NCBI GenBank assembly: GCA_013265495.1
Contig: MU060876.1
Coordinates: forward strand, 456,107-520,106
DNA from: Vicugna vicugna
Taxonomy: Eukaryota
Reading direction: 5' to 3'
DNA: 64,000 bases
Below are positions 40,401 to 51,106 of this stretch, piece by piece; position 1 is the stretch's first letter; the number at the start of each line of letters is the position of its first letter. Both the position numbers and the translations under genes were made by a program. Below the pieces are notes generated by a model. That model was not told where the DNA came from and did no database searches. It saw nothing but the letters and a program-made list of their open reading frames with translations.

Positions 40401-43400
40401 TCTGTTCTATATAAATGCAAAATAAGAGCTAGAATGATACTCAAAGTTAATCTAAAATCTTGTTAGTTGAGAAGTATTTTTTACTTCTATTGAAACATCT
40501 ATCAGTTACCTTCTCCACTTCACCTTACGGGTTTGGTCTAGTCAGTGTGCTGGTCTTTGCCAGTCCACCACATGTCTGTCCCTCCCTGCTGATTGTTGGC
40601 GTTAAAGTTAATCACTGTAGCAGCAGCATCTCTGCCACTTTTGTGACCACATGAAGAATCAATCAAGTGGGTTTTCCTGGGGCATTGTTTTTGGAACTGC
40701 AATCTTTTTAACTCAGCGAACATTTATTAAAAATGTACTTAATATCAGATACGTAGGATACAATGACTAATAAATTACCTTTTGTGACTTTTAGGAACTC
40801 AATTTTAGCAAGTAATTTATGAGGCAACTGTTCATGGACCATCATTTATGTAATTTGACAGAGATATTCTTAGTCTAATTTAAGCCCAACAATAGTATAG
40901 TGTGTGAGTAATACTAATTAGCTTATTAGGAGATGAATCCTTTTTGGTAAAATAATCTTGAGCATAAATGCTGCTGTATACTGGTAGAACCTGACCTGGC
41001 TGGTCTGTATGAATGGTAATCAATTCAAAAGGCATTCACTGATTGCTTGGGTGCCACGAGGGACACAAAGAGGGGCCCTACCTTCTACTTGCTGACAGTG
41101 AAGAAACACAGCTGACACCTTCCTTAAGAGAGGGAGGATCAGAGAGCTGAGGGGACAGAGAGAAGGGAGAGGTTTCTTTGGGCTGAAAGTTTGGGGAAAG
41201 CTTCATAGAGTTGAGATCTAAGCTGAGCCTTGAATTCCTGGCATGTGTATGGGAGTGAGAGTGACCAACTTCACCTTATGGTGCCACTGTGAGTTTAACT
41301 TGTGAGATGAAAAAGAATTACTGCAGAAGAAAAATTAGTTATACAAGATACTGTGAGTATGAGGACATCTGCAAGTAAAACTGCCAGTAGCCCTGCTGCA
41401 GTTGCTCAGGCACCAGGACTTTCTCTGGTTATTCCCAGGTCCCCAGCCTTTTCCTTTGTATGTAGTATACTTGGGCTTATCTGTAGAAGTTTATGAACTC
41501 ACTAGAAAAGGTGCAGTTTTTACTCAGAATAAAAACCAGACAACTACTTTTTTAGGGGAAAAACAGGGCAGAGCAAGGATATCCTAAAACAGATTAGATC
41601 TCACTTAGTCAACTGTAGAGAAAGCTGTACTCAGGCCAGTACCCTGGGTTGAGTACATCCTGAATAGGATCTGCTGAGATTTGAACCAGCTATTCCAACA
41701 GGTTTTGATCCACTTTATGTAAAAACCAAATCTTTTCAGCTTTAAGTAGATAATTTTATATACACAGGCTATAAATAGCACTGTTAAATGTTTCTGCTGA
41801 ACTTAAAGTGACAAGAGTACTTGTAGATTTTGTTGATGAAAAGGTTCCCTGTATTAGTTTTTTGAAGCTTCACAGTAGCCACGTTAAGTCAGACTGTTAC
41901 AGAATGAACCTTGTGGGCATATAGGATTTATTAACTGAACATGATCCAGTTAACCTACACTATTAAAAAGTCCAAAATACAGTGATCCTAGAAAAGTTTC
42001 AATACAATTTCTATAATTTATGTTTTAAGAAGAATATATAAAACTCTATTTCCCCAACTAATGCTAAGGAAGGGAACAATCCCGAAATAATGGTAGATTT
42101 TAAGTATCAGTCATCGGCCCATTTATTTCAGGCAGTACTGAATGTAAGCAAATTCTACTACAGTGTAAGATTTTGAATTGTTCTCATAATTCTTTGGAAC
42201 AGGATTTAATCCAAGTTGTCAGAGAACTATAATGACAATGAGCCAAGCTTCTGAATTTTTGAAACACTAGGAGCGTTTTTCAGAGCACTTAGTCTGAGTA
42301 AATGGATGGGACACAGATGCGCTCAGGAGTGGAGACCACAGGTCCTCTGAGGCTGACTTGGGTCTGTTACGGTCTCCGGCAAATGAGTGACCTGAGAGAG
42401 AGAGAGAGGGACAGGGAGCGCTGTCATGGTTAGAGGTCAAGCTTAATGCCCAAGTGCGCGAGTCCAGAGATGACTTCTGTGGTTTTGCAAACTGGATTTG
42501 CCAGTAAGTCTGAGTCCCAGATGCTGCCCACACACCCCGCCAAGGGCCAGAACAGACTGCGTCACTTCAGCTGAGTCACGTCACAGGCAGGGCTCGTTTC
42601 TTCTGAGAGACGGCACCGCTGCCCATCAGCTCAGGACCAAAAATGAGATCAACTGACTCCACGGCAAGTTCCCGAGACAGTCGACTCGGCCTGCCCTGGT
42701 GCGGGAAAGGCCGTGATGGCGTCTTGTCACCTGAAGTTCCCAAAGCCACCGCCAGAAACCTCTCAAGGCATCTCCTCAGCTTCTGGACCCAGCCCTGAAA
42801 ACTGCACCCCTACGTGTGGGTCCTACTGCAAAGACCTCTACCCCTTCCTTGGAATTCCACTCTTGCCCTGTGCCTCATCTGGGATGAAAGTGGGGGGGCT
42901 AAATGTGCAGTTTTTGGAGGAGTCACTATGATGCACTGGAGGTGAAGAGTAGGAAGAGGATACTTCTGAGTTTTGTTTAAATAATGAGGTACCATATTCT
43001 GTAGCTGAATTAAAGTGCCATTTGGAGGATACAATTTTAAATGATCATTCTTTTTATGATTTAGTAATAACATGTATTCCTGAGTATAGGAATTCCAGAT
43101 ACTGTTCATACCAGGTATGCTGACTACATCCACGGGGTTTTGAAGTTGCTTCATGCGCTTGTAGAGCTGGTAATCCTCTTCGTGTCTTTTCTTCTTCTCA
43201 ATGAGTTGAGCACAAGTCACATTAACAGCCGGTCTGGGTTTCTCATTCCTGAAAAACACTCGAGCAGAACATTTCCCCAGACGTTTGTTACCTTCCTGAA
43301 ACAAAGATTTTGGAAGTAAATGGAATGGTTCCTTCTCACGCCCCGTGGCCCCAATACACAAACACACACAACTGGGGAGTTCCTTGTACACGGCAGGTGT

Positions 43401-45683
43401 GCGCTGGCAGCAATACGTGGTGGTCTGCTCTGTAGATAGTGATTTCTGCGCTCACAGCGGAACACAACAGTCTTCACTCTGCTGTCGTTTAAACTCCGGC
43501 TTTCTGATGGTGCCCTTGTGAAAGGATGCTGGGCCTTTTCCCAAGAACCATCACTGGAGTCTGTGAGTACTGCGAGGACAGGGGTACTTCCCTCTACTGT
43601 GGACCAACACAATGCTTAGCTGGACCTCAAGCTTGCTAACCTGAACCAAAAGAAAGCTGGTTCCCACAAACACAAACAGCACCTTCCAGCTGCCTGACGA
43701 ACTCAGTCCACTTATTCCAGTTTTACAGATTAAGACTGAGGTTTACAGGGACACCTACTCCGTGTCTCACAGCCATTAAGTGGCCAGCCAGGAACTGAGC
43801 TGTGTCTGTGATGCCAGGGCCCTGTGAGAACTCCACCCCTCCACTCTGAGACCTCATATGGAAGAAGCAGAGGCACAGATCACCCAGATGGACAAACTCA
43901 ACTACCTGAGTGACCAAGAGAGGTGTGTCTGCACTCAAATGTAGACACACTGAGTGTTCTGGGAACACCCCAACTCATTTTCCAATCTAGAGACATGTGG
44001 AGCTGGGTAGCTGGATGCTTTAAGTAGACATAAGTCTATGACTCATTCTGGGACAGTGCTTCTCCACCGTTGTAGGTCACAGATCCCTTAACTCAACAAT
44101 AAAAGCCTGGGAACTGCTTCCCAGAAAAACGCATGTCCACTCATACCATCCACTGGGCCTAGAATTTGAGGAAGTTCATGGATGGACCCACTCAAACCCA
44201 TCCATGGGCCCCTAAGTAAGAACTCCTGTTACTACGTGGTTAGGTGAGCAGCTGAGTTCTTTTCACTTTTACAATCGTTGAAGCTGGGTAGAGTCCCAGT
44301 TAGAGCAACAACCAAAAAGATAAAGCCCACAAAGAAACAAACTAATCAAAACTGGACCTGCTTAATCCCCTCCTAGAACTGATTCAGAAAACTGAAATAG
44401 GCTTTCCAATGGGCAGCTTTTCCTCTGGTGAGTGCTGGTTTAAATGGGAGGGAATTTCAGTGGTGCATTAGCATCCTAATTATCTGTGCAACAGAAGAAA
44501 CAACCGAAGGGGCATTCTGGAAGAGGCTTATCAAAGGCAGAAGCCGGGCTGGTACGTGGAATCCTTTGATGTCACGGCCATTTCCAGAGAAGAGGAGAGG
44601 AACCAGGTATTGCCCCCTTTTGTTTTTCTTTCTGGGTCCCTGTCCCCAGACAGCTCCACAGAATCAAAGAAGTTGCCTGAAGATGAAAGAACTCTCCTGC
44701 CCCCTACCCTGAAGTGGAACATTTCAGTTAGCTAACCATGCTCTTCAGAGAAACAGGGCTGGTCCAAATAATCTAGTCATTGTTTTCCCTTAAGCATCAA
44801 TCTAACACTTCTGTTTGCAACACAGAAACCAAAGGCACCCTCCTTAAGCTTTAAGAAAATGTTAGTTCTCAGGTTAATTAGTGAAGTCAGAGTGTTGCTG
44901 TCTTGTTAGAACCTGTTTCTGACTACCAGCAGGCTTTCTTCCAGAAGCATCGGATGAAGGGGTCATGCCTTCACCCTGAAACACCTTAATGCCGGACCCG
45001 CCTGCCCGTCCCTCTGCTCTGACTCAGTGCTGCACAAAGGGGTTTGGGCTGGTCTCCACCCAGGTTCCAGCTGCTGCCTCCCAGCTTGGCCTGGCACCTC
45101 CAAGTTCATCTGGCTCTAATTTCTGAGTCTTCTGTTTACTCTCTTCTTGAGAACAGAGAAAGGACACTTGGCAAACCATGGCCTGCCGAGTCAGAACTAC
45201 AGAGGCTGGAGATGCTGTGGCGGACCTGCTGTGCTACAGGATGCCTCTGTGCATGGAAGCTCCTGGAACTGGCCTCATGCTATGCCTGCCTGCTGAGAAA
45301 TGTCAGCAGCTGACAGGGAAAGAGCAGGCTGGCATTTGAGAGATGCTAAGATGCGAGGGAGGGGCACGGGTGCCAAAGGGAGTGTGAAACCCTCTCCCAG
45401 CAGCAAAGGAAGGAGGGGACGGTGGACTGTCTTTAACACAGCCTGCACAGGCCATGGTACTGTCCTGCCTACTCTGCTCTTCAGTTCTTGAGAACAAATA
45501 GAAAACAGAGCAGGAAAAAAACAAAAGCAAACCTTCATGTCTCTATATATTAAGATTCTCACTTTAAAAAAAATTCACAGGAGTTGTTAACAGGACACTT
45601 CACTAATCATGGCAGCCTACCTCCGGGTTGTAGAGCTCTGTGGTGAACACGAGGTCAACTTTACGTTCCTTCTTTTGATTAAT
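34291..45683 (-). CDS. RARRES1: Retinoic acid receptor responder 1 (TIG1), exons 2-6; exon 1 not found in the window
   Basis: Exons of 63+184+137+63+150 = 597 nt in frame: INQKKERKVDLVFTTELYNPE / EGNKRLGKCSARVFF... / DNHGHIDPSL... / KTNDDAIDF... / EIIPCHIHLVWYPGKP...PTELSNF*. Confidence 0.96.
34518..34580 (-). CDS. RARRES1: RARRES1 exon 5 (63 nt)
   Basis: tccag| acceptor, |gtaaaa donor. Confidence 0.94.
38120..39998 (+). mobile_element. L2 LINE relic of about 1.9 kb (RT remnant to 3' end)
   Basis: RT remnants ...QSGF...VLILPDFPAAFDTV... near 38735-38870; L2 3' end ATTTATTCAGTGAATGAA. Confidence 0.85.
40104..40240 (-). CDS. RARRES1: RARRES1 exon 4 (137 nt)
   Basis: ttcag| acceptor, |gtaaga donor; ...WDLAFLGSSYVMWEKTTQ... 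Confidence 0.95.
43112..43295 (-). CDS. RARRES1: RARRES1 exon 3 (184 nt, using the tttgtttcag acceptor)
   Basis: Part of ORF 42810..43391; |gtatga donor; 5' boundary inferred from the only AG that follows a pyrimidine tract. Confidence 0.85.
44054..44228. mobile_element. hAT-Charlie-like MITE fossil
   Basis: Terminal inverted ends CAGTGCTTCT...AGAACTCCTG. Confidence 0.45.
45621..45683 (-). CDS. RARRES1: RARRES1 exon 2 (63 nt)
   Basis: ttcag| acceptor, |gtaggc donor. Confidence 0.93.
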
Positions 45684-45989
45684 CTGAAACACAGAAACAG
45701 AAGTTAGCCTCATGGAAGCTCTGTTAACACCATCATATCCAAGAACCACTCTCTCAGGGTAACATGACATGCAAACGGCAGCCGTCACATTTATACCTGA
45801 AGAAAATTGGGGGTTTTTTACAAGGAGAAAAGATCTCAAATTTTGGTCTGATCATGCCACTCTGCTTGCTGGTCTGACACCTACTCACAAAGAGGGAGGA
45901 CGAGAGAGGGACCGGTAGTGCTGAGGCTGGGAGCAGCTAGGCGAGAAGCAGGCCTGAGCACGCAGGGCTGGGGAGCGAGCCCCGTCCCT

Positions 45990-46330
45990 CCGTCCCCACC
46001 GGTCAGTGCCCTCACCCTGAGCTGGGCCCTGGGCCGCATAAGCTCCCCCTCCTGCCTCTCCCGGCTGAACAGGGAATCCAGCGACAAAGGGGTAACCAGA
46101 AGTAAGTCCTGGGTTTTCAGGAGGTGATGAGTGAAGAAAAAGAAGTGGGGCAGAATGGCTACTTTTCTGAAGGGGGTCAAGGAGGGCATCTGGGAGGAGG
46201 AGACCTCAGCTGAGATGGGAGGGACAACATGGAAGCAGCCACACCCAGACCGGAGTGGGCAGAAGGGACCCACCGTGAGGCCTTCGGTGGGCTCGGCAAA
46301 GGGCCTGTGTCTGGGGCAGGCTGGGTCAGC
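45990..46330 (-). mobile_element. L2 3' fragment
   Basis: Purine-rich L2 reverse pattern (GTCAAGGAGGGCATCTGGGAGGAGGAGACCTCAGCTGAGA). Confidence 0.55.
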
Positions 46331-47949
46331 AATACCGAGGAAGTCCTCAGATGCTATGGTCTCCTATTTTCTTGCAGCTTTCATAAGCCAGCGTTCCTCT
46401 AACGTTTGGAAAGGCATGTTTAGTATTTCTAAACCTCTTAGTTGATTGATTCCAACACATAGTTTTAGAGTATTCATACCCATGTCATTGAAGCACATTA
46501 GACCGTTTAGAAGAACGCTGTATTATTGGCCATCATTTTTTTTTTAAGAGCACAATTTCATTCAATAAAAGGAGTGTTTTCTACAGAAGAAAAGGAACTT
46601 TCTGCTGCATGGAGCTGAAGTTATTTCACATAGTATTGATTAAGTTAGATTGTGGGAACATCAATTTCCCTTGAATACTACTTAGCCCAGGAACACAACC
46701 ACCAAACAGGATTATCTTATTTTAAATAGACCAGATAGCATACATTACTATTAGTTTTTGGGTTTTTTTTTTTAATTCTGGGAAATGAGGATGGAGGGCA
46801 AGGATTCTGTGTCAAGTATTTATGTAAAAAACATTTCAACACATGAATGGAGATACTGCTGGGGGTCGGGGCACCCAGAGCACACACATGAGAGCAGTTT
46901 GCTTAGTGCTGATTTTCAATCTTGAAACAAGTTCTAGTGTAAGCTGAAACACTGATTTCAACTACAAAGTCATACAGATTACAACATCCACACACACAAG
47001 TCTGTCTTCTCAGTCAGTCACTGTTTACCACCTACTGTGCCAGGCACCGGGGAGATACAAGGAAGCAGGACATCCAGGCCAGCCTTACCAGCAGCCGGCT
47101 TCCAGCGTGGGAACAGGCACGCCGGCTGCTACACAGTGTGGCTCCTTTATGTGGCCGGAGCTGACGCACGTGGGGCGCTCAGTTTAGAAAAGCTCCCTAG
47201 AGCCAGGGGGCCGGGCCACGGTGTGAGAATGGAAGGCAGAGGCTGCTGTGCCAGGGCAGGCAGTGAAACCAGAAAAAAGGCTGTCTGGGGAGGCTGGCAC
47301 AAAGTCACAAAAAGCCTTTTTTTTTTTGTGAAGAGAACTTGGAACTTGATTCCAAAGTCTGTGGGAGCCCCAGTAAAGTAAACATAACGAAGTACTTAGG
47401 GTGTTGTAGAGAGTAAGACACAGCACGAAAAGGGCTTGGACGGTGCCTGGGCCAGGGTATAAGTACTCACAGACGTCAATGATATTTATGGTCACTATTT
47501 TTATCATTAAAACCTATCCACATGAGGGAGAGAAAGAACTGAGCTGGAAAGCAGGGTCTGGTCCACGGTGGAGGCTAGGGAAGGCTGAGAACACGGACTC
47601 TGTCTAGCCTCTTTTACTTTGGTTTCCTCCTGCCGGAAGCTCACAGTGAGCTATCAGAAGGTGTAAGTTGGACCTCCATGAAAGCGGCTGCACAAGGGGC
47701 CCCGTGGCCTCTGTCTCCACGTCTCCTGAAGCTCGGCGTCCTCCCTGCCCCACCTGAGTCAGAGGAACACACGGGTCACTCACGCCAGCCACGGGCACCC
47801 GCCCATCTGCTGACACTCACAGAAGGCAGCCGTTCTAAGGCTTGAGTCGCTTGCTGCGCCAGCCCTGGGGCCCCCTCGAACGCCGCATGCGGGATCTAGG
47901 AGCCTGCCCTTCACGTCCCGAGGGGCCCGAGCGCAGCCTCCCACACAGG

Positions 47950-48190
47950 AGCCGGGTGCCCCTCAGGCTGCCGGTTAGGGGTGAGCGGGGTGGGCGGTGA
48001 GGCAGCGCAAGAGAAGAGGAGGGGGATGCCGAGGTGGCGAGTACGTCTTTGTGCTCGGGGACACAGAAGAGGGCCAGGAGGCAGCTAAAAGTCAGACGAT
48101 GCAGCAGAGGTGATGGCTGAAGCCATGGAATTTGCCGCAATCCCCCGGGAAGGTGCGTACACTGAAAGAACCTGACGACCGCCGACCTTC
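47950..48190 (-). mobile_element. GC- and CpG-rich L2 relic
   Basis: GATGGCTGAAGCCATGGAATT...CCCGGGAAGG matches the recalled reverse L2 consensus GTTGAAGCCATGGGAGTGGATGAGATCGCCCAGGGA. Confidence 0.6.
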
Positions 48191-48769
48191 CCATCGGTAC
48201 ACTGGGGCGTGCTTATTAGCTGTCCACAAGGATGTACAAAAATCTGCCTTATTCTTCATATAACTGTGCATATTTTAAATAAGTACTTAAGGTATCATTT
48301 AACTCAACAGTTTTTTGAAAATTCTTGGAGGCAAAGTGAGGTGCTGGTACCTGTTCTTTGTCGAGAAAGAAGCAACCGGACTAACCAAGGCTGTGAGCTG
48401 AGTCAGGATGGAGCCGTCTTTTTGAAGAGTAATTTTCCTTCCCGATTCCATCTCTCTGTTTTAATTAGGCGCTCTTAAAACACCTGCATTTTGTCCAAAA
48501 CACGATTTTTATATTTTTGGTTTTACTTTTTTACCATTTATCAAGACGCAGCCCTTTTATCTCCCACAAAGGCCCCTAGGTCTCCCTTCCTGAGTCACAA
48601 GTTCCTCTGAGGTTCTCCTGTGATAAGGCAGCAGCCCTGGGCCTTGGGCAAAACAACACCGCCAGGCCTTCTTTTCTGGGACAAAGTGTCTTGTACTCGT
48701 CGGGCCATTTTAGGGCCGTGTGTTCCTTTGGGCTGTCTTTGATTAAGCTGTGCCATGATAAAGAGGTCT

Positions 48770-49405
48770 TTGTATTCAGCATCCATCCCAGAGTTTTGAA
48801 CAGGAGCTCAGGGTTAGGGGCAGGAGGACAGGGAACAGACTGTCACAGGCCACCCTCAGGGCATCAGGTGAGGACTTCAAATAGATCACTGTAGAGTTGA
48901 TTACTTGATCATGGATGACTTAAGAGCTATGAAAAGATAACTGGAGAAGGAGTCCAGTCTAGGGAAGTGACATTTGAGCTGAACTCTGGAGATTCAGAAG
49001 GAACTGACTTTGGGGGTGTCAGGGTGGAGTGGGGGTGACAAATCATTCCACATGGAAGGAACAGCAGTGCTGAAGGCCCTGTGGGAGCAGCCAGGAGGGG
49101 CCAGAGGGCAGAAAGACAGGAGCCAGGATGTGGAAGGGGCTGGCTGGGTAATCAGGGGCCACCCTGCAGGCTACGGGGAGGGTTCCATCATAAGAGAACT
49201 GGGAAGCCATGGACAGGAGGAGAGGCTTTTAAAGATCCCTCTAGCTGGCGCATAGAGAACCAGAGCTGGAGTGAGAGGTCCGGAGTGAATGCAGAGACTC
49301 CAGGAAGCTAGTTGAGGGGTGGATGACCAGGGTGGGGACGGCAGAAGTGGAGCAGATGTGGGCGTGAGTCCTAACTGGAAGGTAACAGGACCAGCGACGT
49401 CACTC
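48770..49405 (-). mobile_element. L2 3' fragment
   Basis: GGAAGTGACATTTGAGCTGA, GGAAGCCATGGA and TTTTAAAGATCCCTCTAGCTG motifs. Confidence 0.7.
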
Positions 49406-49759
49406 AAGATCAGAAATAATCTCTAGAATTGTAGGAGGACAATATTATCAAGTCAACCATCATTTAAAGGATGCTTGTATTTACAGAACAACAGCAGATG
49501 CTCTTGGGCCTGTGCTGGGTAGAGTCCTAGCACGTCACAGGTCCTGACTGGGAAAATGGAGCTCTGAACCCTGCGCACAAGCGAGTAATCGGAGATGCAA
49601 ACTACAGGAGTAGTGAGGAAGCACTGTTCAACTGTCAGACTGGCAATGAATGAGAAAGTGAAGAGGGCCAATCGTTGGCTGGGTATGGGGGTTCATGGCT
49701 GGTGGGAGGTAGCCTGATGCAGCCTGGCTGGGGGGCAGTCTGGCTGACTTGATCAAGTC

Positions 49760-50158
49760 AAACTTACACATGGCCTATGATCCAACACCCCACTTCTGGG
49801 TACACACCCAGAGAAAATGATGCTGTTAAAAGGGACTTGTGGGAGGATGTTCCTTGAGGCCCCGTGTATGTGGCAGGAAGGTGGAGGAAAGCTGGTGTGC
49901 ATCCAGGGGGGTGCAGGTAAAATGGAGGTGCTACGCAGGAGAGGCAGCCAACTAACCATACATACACCAACAAAGAGATCCTCACAGCTGAGAGTGGGAA
50001 CAGAAGCAACACCATGCATGGCATAATGCCACTTAGAAAACTGTTGTAAAGAAAAATTTTCACAAATACCAACAGTATCTTTTATAAGGACACTTACAGA
50101 CAGAAGCATACACATCAGCCCTTTTCAAGTGGTTGCCCACGGCAGGTGGGATGAATGG
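49760..50158 (+). mobile_element. Old L1M (L1MC/ME) 3' fragment that is the provirus insertion target; resumes at 57046
   Basis: TATGATCCAACACCCCACTTCTGGG...GTGGTTGCCCACGG...GAATGG|ERV|AAGGAGATAAAAG. Confidence 0.6.
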
Positions 50159-50578
50159 TGTGAACAAAGGACATCGCCTGCCGTTTCAGTAAACAAAGGA
50201 CACTGCAGCCATAAACCCAGACAGCGCACCCTGAGGAGATTCAGGATGGAGAAAAACAGGACACTAGCCCGACAGAGTTAAGATGTTTATCAGAGGAACA
50301 GTTTCAATAAGCCCAGACTCTTGCGTCTTCCCACACACAGAAAAGCACTCAAGTCATTAACTCGAGAGGTCTGTTTTTGTGACAGGCGGTAATCTTTTGA
50401 TGTTCAACTACATGTTTTGTTTTTCAGCAAAAACTCCCGTATATCCTGGCTCCTCCCATACCTCTTTGGAGCAGTTCCTCAGAGCTGAGAGGCTGTATCC
50501 TGGGCTATAGTTCTCAGTAAGGCCACCAAATAAAACATAATTCTCAACTTTTAGGTTACGAATTTTTTTCAGTTGACA
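50159..50578 (+). repeat. 5' LTR of the provirus (420 bp, TG...CA)
   Basis: Aligns end to end with 56608-57045 (about 64 mismatches in about 420 aligned nt, counted by eye); contains AATAAA. Confidence 0.93.
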
Positions 50579-50582
50579 GTTT

Positions 50583-50601
50583 TGGCGACCATCTGAGGGA
50601 C
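50583..50601 (+). other. Primer-binding site, most similar to tRNA-Arg
   Basis: TGGCGACCATCTGAGGGAC, 4 nt after the LTR end, resembles the tRNA-Arg PBS TGGCGACCACGAAGGGAC (recalled). Confidence 0.65.
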
Positions 50602-50660
50602 CCAGGGCAGACTTCTCCCCTTCGCCTGAACTCTACGAGGATCTGGAGCCTTGGTGCCCG

Positions 50661-51106
50661 TGAAAAGAGCCGAAAACTAACAAGATGGCCATTGAGTTGT
50701 TCAGGTCTGAGCTTCCAGTTAAATTGATCTTATGACTAACATGCTCCCTTCCCTGTGCATTCTTTTCTTAGAATAACTTATGCTTTTACCCTAGAGGTCT
50801 TGAAAGAAGCTCATGGACTGATATCCTCAAGAGAATGGGCAGCCCCTCCTAAATTCCTCCGTAACAACAGCAAGCTCTTCTCAAGATGAAAGAAACATAG
50901 CCCCTGCTCACACTCTGATTTGTTATCACCCTCCTGTCCCCTTTTCCTATAAAACCCCAGGACTCTCACCCCAAAGAGGGCTCACAGTCTTTAAGGCCTG
51001 CTGTGGCTTCCTGTGCCTGGCAAAGCAGTAAGTTCTTTTCTATCTCCTGAAACTCTGTCTCCATTTCTATTTCAGCCACGAGCACAGAGGCAGGGTTTCG
51101 GCAGCA
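50661..51106 (+). mobile_element. Nested solo LTR of a different family inside the provirus leader
   Basis: TG...CA ends; TATA (CTATAAAA); end motif GGCAAAGCAGTAAG...AAACTCTGTCTCC...GGTTTCGGCAGCA typical of cetartiodactyl ERV LTRs; flanks CCCG/CCAG as an imperfect 4-bp TSD. Confidence 0.7.

Noticed and set aside
42810-43391. 193-aa ORF as a single-exon gene
   Set aside because: Only the central part is RARRES1 exon 3; the rest is intronic read-through.
47835-48194. GC-rich 119-aa ORF as the missing RARRES1 exon 1
   Set aside because: It lacks the expected signal/TM and ...AALHFFNF...EGRAW|gt sequence, and the DNA aligns to an L2 relic. No exon-1 match was seen anywhere up to 64000.
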